This document shows, in pieces, positions 51,901 to 63,495 of a stretch of DNA of 64,000 nucleotides; within the stretch, counting starts at the first letter, position 1, and every line of letters begins with the position of its first letter. Below the pieces are notes generated by a model. It saw only the letters and a list, made by a program, of their open reading frames with translations, had not been told where the DNA came from and made no database searches. Made by a program: the position numbers and the translations under genes. The stretch comes from Balanoglossus misakiensis. Lineage: Eukaryota > Animalia > Hemichordata. The DNA is taken from the NCBI GenBank assembly GCA_040954595.2, contig CM082576.2:3074760-3138759 (forward strand), in the 5' to 3' direction.

Positions 51901-53161
51901 TAAATTACCATTGCCGCCTTTTGAGGACCCAAATCGATTTGTGCAGCTCGGGTCACTTTTCAGGGTGCCTAATATTGGGTTATCACTTTTATCAGCTGTG
52001 ACTGTGGTATCACCACATGTTGTTTTTTGTGGCTCGGTTTGTCTGGTGACGTGAAAGGATAGAGAGACTCTTCTCCTAGGTTTTAATACATCAGTCATTT
52101 TTGCTTCCATGTGAACAGCAATCTCTTGGATACTGGTTCTGCTTACTACCTTTTCTCACTCTATGTGGGTCCATGTAGCATGAAAACTACTCCCATAAAA
52201 AAAAATCGCCCCAAATCCCAGCAGGGGCAGCTTATTACTTGCTGAGATCTAGACTGAATAACTTTGCTACAAAGGGGTATATAACCAAATTACCAGTAAT
52301 ATCAATCCAGAGAAACTTTGTCCCTTCAGAGATGTCACTTATAGGTTTATCAGTTTTATTATGAAATATATTGAGTAGATTATGTTTTATAAAATTAATG
52401 TATATAGATTGAGTGTATACTGATATATAATTTACTGTAGCTGATATACCCAATTGTCATTTACCCTGTAAAGTGTCTATATAAACAAGCAATAAATAAC
52501 ATCTAAAATGAAGTGTTGTTTTGTGTGTGTGTTTCTTTTCTCCTTGAAACCAACAGCTTGATGCAGCAAATACCTATAGTGGACATCAACTGTTTTAAGA
52601 CCTACGTATAGCCACATAAAACCTGACATCAAACACACTGTATGGATATACCAAAGGCTTTGGGTCGATGGAATTCAACAGTGTAGGCTAATTCAGTTGC
52701 ATTGGTTTTAGAAGTGTGTTACATTTTGGCTGCTAGTGACAGGTAGAGAAATGCCCGAAAATCGGCAGAACTGGGATGGCTACCTTTGCCAATTAGGGTA
52801 CACATGAAATTCTGTTATTTTCGCATTAGAGAATCAAACTGTACTTGGTGACTTCCTGGTTTCCGGTTTAGGTAAACGTGTGTTTGAGTCCCACTTGAAA
52901 GTTGAATAACATTTATACAATGGTAACATTTGTACATGGAGATATACCAGCATGTCCATATACACTGTAGTTGCATCAGACCCTTGACTGGCCAGGGGAC
53001 ATTCGTATGACAAATAGCGCCCCCAACGCCCAGTAGCAGGTTAAGTCAACTCACTCCAAATATAATAAATTTTGCTTGATTTACATAAAATATACCACTG
53101 CGTTCATTTCATTATTGTACCAGATAGTTGGAAGACATAAAACTCAGGGAGCGGACTAGAC

Positions 53162-56100
53162 CTAGTATCGATAGTGCTCTGGTTTGAATGGTCCGTCCCT
53201 TGGTATACCCAGATACTTGGCCTGGTCTTCTGTCAATCTTGTTAACTTGATGCCCAGCTTTTCATGATGGCTGGCCGCTACTTCCTCGTCAAGCTGTACA
53301 TGAAAAAATGTAAAATGGCATCAGTGGAAATTCTGCATTTCTGAGCACATTTGGAATATAGCGTTCCACAGTAAACTTAAAAGAACCGTACAATGTAACA
53401 AACACATCCTCTATACCAACCTTCTTGCGGAGCTCGTGCATCCCGACAGAATACCCTCCCTTCTTTGTGTAGAGTTCAATTTGCGCCAGGACTTGAGTGG
53501 AGAACACATTGGACATGACGAAGCTGGGGCAGCCACTGGCGCACACAAGGTTGACCGGAGATCCTGCACCCAGCAGCACTATGTGTCGTCCATTGGCCAG
53601 AGTGTACCTCACCACCTGTGAGATCACAACCGATGGTTATACCTTCAACGGCAGTGCAGTTTCTGCGTGTTCGCCACGTGTGATTTGATTCCCACAGTAA
53701 GTTCATTGACAGGAAGTGCATGGTTATCAGCTTTTATGGTACACAGGAACTAGCCAGTACCACTCATTGCCACAGCTCCAATACTCACCCCAGTCTTGAT
53801 GGTTTCTGCGTTTGCATTCGCGTCTAACCAACAGCAGTCAATTTCACTATCAAAGTGGCCCATGTTACACACTATAGCATCTTCCTTCATCTGCAGGAAG
53901 TGTTCTGAAGTGATCACACGCTTGCTGCCGGTGGCTGTCACAAATATTCTCCCTTTCTTGCTGGCTTCATCCAAAGTCTTCACTTCATAGCCTAATAAGA
54001 TTATCAATGAACATTCAAAGGCAAAAACAGCTATGCTTAGAGGAACAGAATAGTCACCTTTGGGAAAAAATTAAAGGAATACAAAAATCTATGTGTACAA
54101 TACGACAATTCCAGGAAATAGCAAGTGTGTGGGAGACCAGAACAAAGGACAATCTGACAGATTTTAGTGAAGCAATCACACAATGTACAAGCAGGGACCC
54201 ACTATGCACTAGGAATTTGACATGACAACGGTTGAATGCTATAGTTGAATACCTTCCATAGCTGCTTGCAAGGCATTGATTGGATCAACTTCAGTGACGA
54301 TCACACGAGATCCAAAGTGAGAGAATGCCGCTGCACACCCTTTGCCAGCGTCACCAAAACCAACCACCACTACGACCTGAAAGATGCCAGTTTGATCTCG
54401 AGGTAATCACTCAGGCCTGGCTCTTTTAGCAAATACTATATTACAATATCACAAGCAGTTACACAGTCAAACCAGTGTGTTAATAATGGCCACCTCTATA
54501 CAGTGAAGGCATGTCTGTAGTGGCCACCCTGTTACAGTCCCTGTGCAATTTACATGTACATTAACCAACCTGTCTATAAAAGCCAACCGTCTCAGATAAA
54601 GGCCAGTTTAGGAAAGTCTCTTGACTTGCCGCTATAGACAGGTTGGACAGCTGTCCTTATAGATAATGAAATATTTACATCAATCAAAGTCCTCACTCAC
54701 TTTGCCAGCCAACATGACATCAGTTGCCCTTCTGACAGCATCCACAACAGACTCTCTACACCCATAGAGATTTTCAAACTTTCCTTTGATGACCGAAGAA
54801 TTGACGCTGATGACAGGGACCTTCAACTTTCCATCTGCCATCAGTTTCTTGACGACCAACTCGCCGCTTGCCGTCTCTTCAGAAATTCCAAACACTCCTG
54901 AAACGAAGAAAACTCGTCAACATCTCAAAATAACATTGTCTTGAGTTGCCGACTAACTAGTAACTGTCTGACCAATGGACTGACTGACTGACTGAACAAC
55001 TGAATGACTGCAAACTAAAGGTTGAACACATTCCCTAGCAAGAGAGAATAAAAGTTTCTACACTGTACAGTACCTGACAAGTACTGTGGATATTTGGTGT
55101 GGACAAGCTGAGTTAAATTCCCTCCGTCATCCATTATCATGTTGAGAGGCTGACCGTCGGGGAAGACCAGGGTTTGTTCCAAGCACCACACAAACTCCTC
55201 GTCCGTCTCCCCTTTCCAAGCATAGATACTGATCCCAGATTTCACCAAAGCCGCTGCTACATTGTCCTGCGTTGAGAAATTGTTACTGCTACACCACTGG
55301 ACCTAAATGAGGATGAAATCAGGAGAATAATGTAATGCTGTCTGTGTTGTGGAATAAATCACGTTTTTTAAAAGGACAAAGTCTCTCTCTTGCTGCCATT
55401 TTCCCATTAAGTATGTTTGATACAAGACACCATTGATGTTAAGTACATGTGAATACATGTATATAGTGAATCAACATTCAACCACAAACAACTTCCATCC
55501 TGCACATAGATGTGAGAGTAAAAATCTTGCCAAAATGAATAAATGGTAAACACTGATTATTCATTTTTGGCAACTTTAGATTATTCATTTCTTGCCGAAA
55601 ATAATTTTTCATTTACTCATTAAATTCGGGGGGGGGGGGGGGGGGACAAAATTGTCTTAAAATTAAGACTTTCAAAATGGCCGCCAAATTTGAGGTTCAA
55701 AATGGCCGCCTATATCTGTGCTTAGTCTATGGCATTCAAAATGGCCGCCAAATTTAGTGACTTTGAAAGTCTCTATGGTAAACATTATGTAGAAATTTTA
55801 CTCATAGTTCAACCACACACACCTTCCATCCCACTTGTAGACGCGAGAGCAAAATGAATATTCGGTGTTTACCATTTATTCATTTTGGCGGGATTTTTAC
55901 TCTCATATCCTACAAACGTGATGGTTGAATGTTGATTCACTATATATCCACATGTGCATTAGCATAGACAGTGTAGTGAATCAAACATAATAAATGGGAA
56001 AAGAAGAGTGAGAGAGAGACTTTGTCCCTTTAAGTAGGTTTTTTAACAGGTAGGGGTGCATTAAATGTATATATGTACAGTAAAATACTGTACATATATA

Positions 56101-56414
56101 CAGATTTCAGTGTAAGTATGCACATAGTGACATACACATACAAGTTTCATACAATTTCAGATGCCAAGGAAAGAAATTAAATGGTGTTTTACCGCAGCTC
56201 CAAGTTCCATCAGAGTTTCAACGATTACAGCCGTTTCCTTGGTAACATGTAAACAGCCTGCAATTCGAGCTCCGGACAAAGGCTTGGTGGTTGCATATTT
56301 CGCCCTGAGACTCATAAGTCCAGGCATTTCGCCTTCTGCCAGTGTGATGGCAGTGCGACCTGAGGTGGCCAGGTCTGCATCAGCGATTTTGTACGGTAGC
56401 TTTCCACCTGACAT
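53162..56414 (-). CDS. AHCY: Adenosylhomocysteinase-like protein (divergent AHCY paralog), about 433 aa
   Basis: Exons 56193-56414, 55074-55302, 54701-54897, 54253-54376, 53789-53991, 53421-53615, 53162-53293; open frame throughout. Motifs [87 protein letters not shown]. Confidence 0.93.
54464..54650. mobile_element. Tc1/mariner- or pogo-like MITE, copy 2
   Basis: CAGTCAAACC...CTATAGACAGGTTGGACAG termini; similar to 11561-11718. Confidence 0.6.
55372..56029. mobile_element. Kolobok-like MITE with TTAA target-site duplication, long copy
   Basis: TTAA-AAGGACAAAGTCTCTCTCT...AGAGAGAGACTTTGTCCCT-TTAA; long imperfect inverted arms; centre holds a poly-G run and three CAAAATGGCCGCC repeats. Confidence 0.8.
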
Positions 56415-57307
56415 TCTGGTTGACTTTGGCACTTTTGTAACGTCGCTGGCAGTATTTAATTCGGTTCACTAATGTTACAGTGATCTTTTTGAGAACTGAG
56501 CAGGCTGTAGATTCTGTTCTCTCCTGTAGAAATAACAAAACTTATCTGTTAACAAAAGGCTTTTTATTGTCTGTGTTGGACAGATTACAACATGTCTGCC
56601 AATTTACAAATACATGTATTGAAATTGCATAAAATACTACACCAGCTTCTGTGGGGGATATGCGACCCATTTATTTTTGTCATTACTGTCTTATGACATT
56701 TGCTGGATATCGTTTTTTTTTCCGAAAATCTTCAGACCCCCCCCCCCCCCAGGATATCAAATGGTCCATCCCTAATATAAGGTCAAATATGTACGTCATA
56801 TTCTGATGCACTGTCTATGTCTATGGTCTGACGGCAATCTACACACCCGCACCTATAGACTAGTTTTAGGTAGCCCCAGGTAGGCACCCCCATGTCCCTG
56901 GAGGGCCACTATACCTATCCGAGGTAGAAAATGCTTGTCTGGCATTTGTGATACCCACGATTACCGAAATATTTCCTCGTTTGAAACGCGTTGCTCTTGA
57001 TTGCTCACCTGCTAAACAACAGGGCCGCGTCCGTCCCCACGCATGTATCGAAAGGGTCAGGGGTCGTGTTCAGGTCATGAGCATGAGGTGAGGTCGATGG
57101 TCACGCGTGTGACTACAGATGCTCGCATTCGCAAGACGTCTTCTGCCAGTACCACCTAGGTTTGATCTTCCTTTTCACACTTTAATGTCAACTGCCGGTT
57201 TCGGAAGACGGCCCAACTACCGATAACCGCGGTGCGGCGCATACGACGGTGCCTTTGCTCTTATGACGCGTGCCCTCAACGTTGAACATTTTACACCAGT
57301 CAAGCTC

Positions 57308-57427
57308 CCAGACCTCGTCGCTTCTCTAGTGCGCCACCACTGGCTGTATGACTAGGCGAGGATCGAAGCATAAGATAACTCGTCGCTCTTGTGGCGCACA
57401 TCTCACTGACGAAGCGACGAGGTCTGG
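57308..57427. mobile_element. Short hairpin-type MITE or inverted repeat
   Basis: Perfect 17-bp arms CCAGACCTCGTCGCTTC / GAAGCGACGAGGTCTGG plus inner GTGCGCCAC / GTGGCGCAC. Confidence 0.65.
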
Positions 57428-57727
57428 AATCAAGACCAGAGAGATGTATACCAGACTCGGAGAGACTTGAAGTCGCTTGTTTTCTGGGTTTATTGAATAC
57501 TACCCAAATCGCCCTATAATAAAATCAGCGGTGACGTAACGTGACACTTCTTGTTCCAAAATCCCTTTGTATAACCACCTCTACTTTCTGTGCGAGCTGA
57601 CAGAGAGTATAAAACACAACCCATGCAACCGTACGGCGACAGTCCACCACAAATCTAAATATTCTAGCTTTGAACCACCCGTCCGTGTTATCAGTTCTTT
57701 GACTGCTATCGTTGGCTGTATCTGCTG

Positions 57728-60700
57728 TTATAGTTCAAATTCTGCTCCAAAGTCACTTTCCTTGGTCCATTCTTGATAAACTTCGTCAAACATATCGTTA
57801 TCTGCCACAGTAAAGACCGATTTCCATCCGCCGACCTTACCTACAGGTATCAAATACATGTATAGCTGGTGAATACAGACACAAAGTCAGATTTTTTTAA
57901 CGATTAGGTAAATAAACTTGTTCGTTTTCAATTCTGGATGTTTTTTCGGATTTGCACGCCAAACTTTCCGTCCCCCCCCCCAGCGATTGTGACGTGGGGC
58001 TACTACCATCATTTTCGCACATACGCCGTACGTACGACGTCAGACACGTACCTTTGCGCACGAAGGGCGATGCCTGTGTCGGATCTACTTTCAGAACATT
58101 GACGCAGTAATCACTCTTCGTCGCCACTGGATTTTTCTTCATGCTTTCGAAAGTGCAGTTGCTGGCTATTCGCTCGACGGCACTGTCGTTCAGCTTCACT
58201 TCCAGAAATTCTGCCAGTTTACGGACACTTCCTGGCAGGTCCTGTCGTATACAAACACAGACGGATCAGAAAGTAAAGGGGTTGCACTCAATATTATCTT
58301 CAAAATCATCGCGAAATTTCTACCACGAAGTTCTGTGGTCGCTGTGGCTTTTCTTCTCCTCTGTTGGACTATGTACATGTAGTCCTAATGAAAAGTTTAA
58401 TGCAAATCACAGTACACGACGTTCATTGACGTGCACAGCCAAAAGAAACATGGTTAACTTCCCATTCTATACTTTCTGAAGTACATTCATAAATTTTAAG
58501 CGATACACCAAGTGACTTAAAATTGTTTGCAATTTATGAACGTGTACAGCGAGAGAGGCGCGTTTGCCAGCAGACCATTTTCCGAACCCTACGAGATCCT
58601 GCGAGATTTCGTGTAGCCAGGCAGTAACTCAGACCGCCAGCTTTTACATCCATTTTAGCGTACACCGACCCTTTTCATTTCTTCAAAGGTAATGAAGAAC
58701 ACGTTCGCTTCATGTCGCCGTTCCCACCAAGGCAGGACGTGATCTTTCCAAGTAGTACCATCATCTGGAATTGAAAGAGAAAGCAACGACGGATTTTACC
58801 CGGTAAATAGCGGCGGCGGTTGCGTCTTTGAGTGGCGTGACAGACATAACGTGTTAGAATAGCGTTCATGGTCGAGGTGGTGACTGTGATTTCAACGTAA
58901 AGCAACTAGTAACCGGATGGATATGAACCAGTTACTGTCAGCTTAGGCCTATATCATTATAAGATAACATCCTCAGAGTAAATTGAAGGTAAACGTGCAA
59001 CGTAAACAGTTGAAGAAATTAAATACGTTTCCGGATTGTTTTTAGTTGACCAATACAAAGTAGTTACACAAGACAAAATTACAGAAAGAAAAGCGAAAGT
59101 TATGAAGCCAATTTCCCTATAGCTATACTCCCAACATTTTTGAGGGGTGGCAATCAAACTTACAGTGGATAATCTGAGCTCCATTCTTAGCGTTCAGGAA
59201 GTCAGGCAGGAACTCACTAAAACTATCGTAGGACTTCTTGTCGAACGCCGGTAGTTCTTTCTGAGCGAAGTGAAAGGTGGAAACGGCAACATCTTTCGGA
59301 TTTCTGGCAACATACACCACCTGCAGTACAGTAATGGACGATATCAGATGATATTGGGGCACAAGAATAGCAAGACTTATCTAAGCTAAAGTCCTTATTC
59401 ATGGTTATTTGGCAATACGGTCCACTGCGGGCGTCATGCCAAACGTCACTTTTGCGAGGGCGGGGACACACCACGCAGAAACGAGGTGTGTTTCGCCGCG
59501 AAATTATCTGAATCCAAATCGACCGATTGCTGCTTTATACCTTCGGTTTCTTCTCTGACAGTTGCTTCGGTAAAAAGTCGGTTCGCATATGCGACGTAAG
59601 GATCCTCGGGGACGGCAAGGTGTTCAAATCGAACCCCTTAGGCACGCCGAAGTTACGGAGGATCTTGTCCATGTTCGGGTCCGAGTCGTTGGCGAGAACG
59701 AACTCAAAGTAGGGCGCCCTCAAGTCCGGCGCGACAGCGTTGACGGCGTCGATGTCTCCTCCGTTTAACACCAATGGAATAACTTCTTTCATCCAAGTTG
59801 TGCCTGCATTTTGTAAGCAAAGACGGTAGAAAGTAAACGGCGTGTTTTTAAAATCCTTCCAACTAAAAGTCTTTGATGCTTGGAGAAGTCTAAGCGCTGT
59901 CTTTATTCTTCCGCATGTATAAGCCCGCGGCAATACACGTACTGTTTGCTATGTTTTCAAACAATGGATGTACTCCCGAACAAGATGATACTGCTGTAGT
60001 ATACTAGTAGTAAATGTTCAACTGCATATGCTGTAGAAGCCTAATTGGGTCGGGATGCAATGACCTTTCCAAATGCGGTCGTCATGCATGCATGCACGCA
60101 CAGGCGCTTGTATAGATGCTATTTCAGTTTTTTATTAATAAATGTGTCAGTATATAGGGTATAGGCCTAGGCCCGAACATAGCGTGAGCGCTCGTTTGAC
60201 GCAAATTCGGGACATCGTATAAGCTACTGATTTATCGTTTTTAGTCACTTTACAATTAATAAAAAACTGAAATAGCATCTATACAAGCGCCTGTGCATGC
60301 ACGCAAGTACAATGGGCTTGAGCAATACCATGTTCGAATCGTATATAGCAATTACAGAACTGGTGAATAGAGTAGCTCCATGGTCCACCGTACAGACCCT
60401 GTCGAAATTTTTCGTGGAGTGGAAATAAAGCTATGACTCGCAAGAATGGGATGAGAGTATATGTCGCGCGTGCAACTAGCATGGCGGAAAACACGCGCTC
60501 GCTGCGGAGCGTGTACATGTAGATGACTACCCGGTCTTTATTGACCATGATATACATCGCAGTGACGATGACCACAAACTGTGTGGGTAGAATGACGTCA
60601 CACAGCAGTTCGGGGGGGGGGGGGGGAGTCTACAGAATGACCAAATTCTCTGTTAGTGATAAACTTATTAAAGGGGTATACATACCCGATTTGGGGAACG

Positions 60701-60797
60701 TGAGAATGAATATGTCGTCTGCCCGAACCTCAAAGCTCCTCATCTTGTTCACATCGAGGGTTATCCCGGAGTTTTCGCTAGTTTCGGCGTCGACCAT
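57728..60797 (-). CDS. Cytosolic (SULT1-like) PAPS-dependent sulfotransferase, about 309 aa
   Basis: Exons 60686-60797, 59541-59803, 59164-59320, 58670-58764, 58052-58241, 57728-57840. 5'-PSB DDIFILTFPKSGTTW, SPRILTSH, 3'-PB YVARNPKDVAVS, W.DHV..WW, FEEMK, RKGKVGGWK. AATAAA on the minus strand at 57489-57494. Confidence 0.94.
60101..60293. mobile_element. hAT-like MITE
   Basis: Perfect 39-bp TIRs beginning CAGGCGCTTGTATAGATGC; 8-bp flanks TGCACGCA / TGCATGCA (one mismatch) consistent with a TSD; lies in SULT intron 1. Confidence 0.75.
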
Positions 60798-63329
60798 CTT
60801 TAATCTCCTTTCTTGTTCGCACGGTGCCGCTTGAAGCCTGACAGGACACTGGTGTGGAATTTAGAAGCGAGCATTGGCTATTCACGTCACGCCACGTCTG
60901 CGAGAGAGGTTTCATCATGGACCGTTTGATCTCTGGATCAATGATACCATCAGTGCTAGTGTGGTGTGGGTCACGCGCAAAGCACCATGGGAGTTCCAAC
61001 ATGAGTAAGCTCTTATACTAGCTTAGTGTAGTATAAGAGCGTCAGCCGAGGTACCGGGTCAAAGTTTAAGTCTTATGCATTAAGCCTTATTAGCGCGACC
61101 CTTTCGAGCAAAGTGTATAATGGAACCCAAGACAAGTGAAAACACTGCCAGAGGGGGTAAATTTCCAGACACCGGATTTACAACTTTTTTTTTCAGGTTT
61201 TTTCTCTCATGCATAAACTTCGGTTTCTTGTCCTACTCTCGATAGTTTTATGACTACAAAAGTCGAATTTCCTAAAGACAGTGTGAACAAAGAATGGGTT
61301 TCCCGAAAATGCAATTATTGAATGATTCCAATGCCCGTATTCAGATCTGCATGGCAGTATAAACATTCGTAATTAGGTGATTTTTTGTTAAATGACTTGT
61401 GTCTTATTGTTCATGGCAGGCTATTTTGCTCTGTTGAATGGCGTAAAAATATGTTTTCTTTCCGGACAGTATCATAGTCACGAAAAACAAGCGTACTGAG
61501 AGAAAAAAAAACATCATTCTGTAGGTAGTACGCCGCCCTCAACGACAAATCAATGAACGCAAAATTTGTCAAAGTGGACCGGGCGAAAGTGGTTCTTCGG
61601 CTGATTTGTGTTCCAGAAAAAAAAAACGCCCTCGGGGTCACGCAGAGTTCACCAAATGCGGCTTCCGTTTGTCATTTATTTCAATCACAGCGTTTCAAGG
61701 TGACGCTTCTGATGAAATTCACCCGGTCAACATTTCCATTCAGCTACAATCAGAGTCTCTATTGTGACCCAAACAGAAATTAAAAAGTAAGTGAATTTCC
61801 GTGTAAAATAAAGCAATTGCCAGTTGACGCGGTTGAACAAAGTACCAACTGCACTTTCTTGCAGTGAAAGCGCTCGTACATTAAAGATAATTTTGCTTGC
61901 GCGGTTTAAAGGGAACCTTTCTCGTAATTGTTTGATACAAACAAACCAATTCGACGCGCGGCCCACGATTTGCTCATGATCGCGTTTTTGTGATATACTA
62001 CTTTGGATTACGTCGACACAGACTACAGGTTCAAACGAATCATGCTTGAATCTTAAAATGGGGAATTTGAACAAAATTTTAGGCCGCATTTAAAAAGGTG
62101 AACGGGCGTTCACGTCATGACAGCTGAGGAAACTTCACCATTAAGTGTTGAAATGAAAAATGAGAGAAGTGCATAATGGATTAGTCTAGGCCTACATTTT
62201 AAATTTAGCATTTGGCACGGGTTACAAAAGTCACCGTGTCAAGATCTTTTAAGGACAAACATAATTGGCAAACATTGCCAAGTTTACCTCTAAAATCGTA
62301 ATTCAAATCGAGTTGCGGAGAAAATCAAAGAGCGACCACTCCACATTGTCATGGTAACTCGGCTCCAATTTCTCGGAATGTTTGCTCAGGGATATTCGAC
62401 CAGAGACAGGGAACAACGTGAATACGACTGGTGACCCCTCTGAAGCAGGTATCGAGGGTCAATTTTACACGGCGAGCGAATGGACTTGCACACGTCACGC
62501 CAGTCAATCTCCAATCTCCTCCTCCTCCTCTGATGGCCATGCATGCCGTCCCCGAGGCTTTGTAAATCCTGCAATCCTGACCCCGGCGCGTTGTCTGGCA
62601 ACAAGTTCACTCGTTGCCAGGCGACACGAGACAACATTCTCACCAGATTCTGTAACCATGGCGCGAACGCCGCAGGTCAATGACAAATACCCCCCCCCCC
62701 CCCCGACCCGACGATTGATTACGGGTGCGCACAAACGAGGAAGTTCGACAACTTGCAATTCTATTTGCTAAAATAAATTCCTCTAACTTTTTCTTGACAT
62801 GGTGAACTTACACGTCAAAGTTGTGTAAAAACATGAACGCGTACTGTACAAATACGAAAAGCGTATTGTACGACAGGGCGCCATAGGTTACGGTGGGATG
62901 CATTATAATGGACATAATATAGCGAGTGAACACTTTCGATTTTAAGCTTGTCACGTGGGTTTCCAGCTTATCTATAATTTATGATTACCTGGCGTCACTA
63001 AAAGTCCCACTTGTTTATTGTTGGGGACGGGATTCCACTATAAAGGTGTCTCAGAAACCTGTTTCATTCACACCGTTCGAAGTGTACACACTTTTCACAC
63101 CAAGACTCATGACCAGTAAACTCATTTTACACGAACATTTTACGATAATGTATTTTATGTTGTTGACTGAGGCGTCTCTCCTGTGAAAACGCTGTCTTTT
63201 AATTCACACACTATGCCAATACAACAGTTCTTGAAAGTAGTTGTACTTTGCTTCATTACAGGAAATATCAAGGTTTTCAAAGTCACGACTTCCGTCACGG
63301 ACATTGGTTTCATGCATCTGATGTCTTTT

Positions 63330-63495
63330 TTCTGAGGCTCGACCGACCTGCAAGATTTTGTCAGAACTTATGTGCGGTTGACTTTGTTTCAGACGGTGAA
63401 GCCAGATTTTTCGTCGATCTGCTCGGGCTGGGGACACCATGAAAAATTTTGATGTTGATCTATTGGATACTCCCAAAATAATTAGATACTTGGGA
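63330..63495 (-). pseudogene. Possible decayed THAP-domain fragment (transposon relic)
   Basis: PKYLIILGVSNRS, then FHGVP in a shifted frame, then RRKIWLHRLK, resembling a THAP N-terminus with the cysteines lost and frameshifts. Confidence 0.3.

Noticed and set aside
56415-56470. IRBIT-like N-terminal extension or GTG start for the AHCY-like gene
   Set aside because: In-frame stops lie just upstream, and the ATG at 56414 aligns with the canonical AHCY start.
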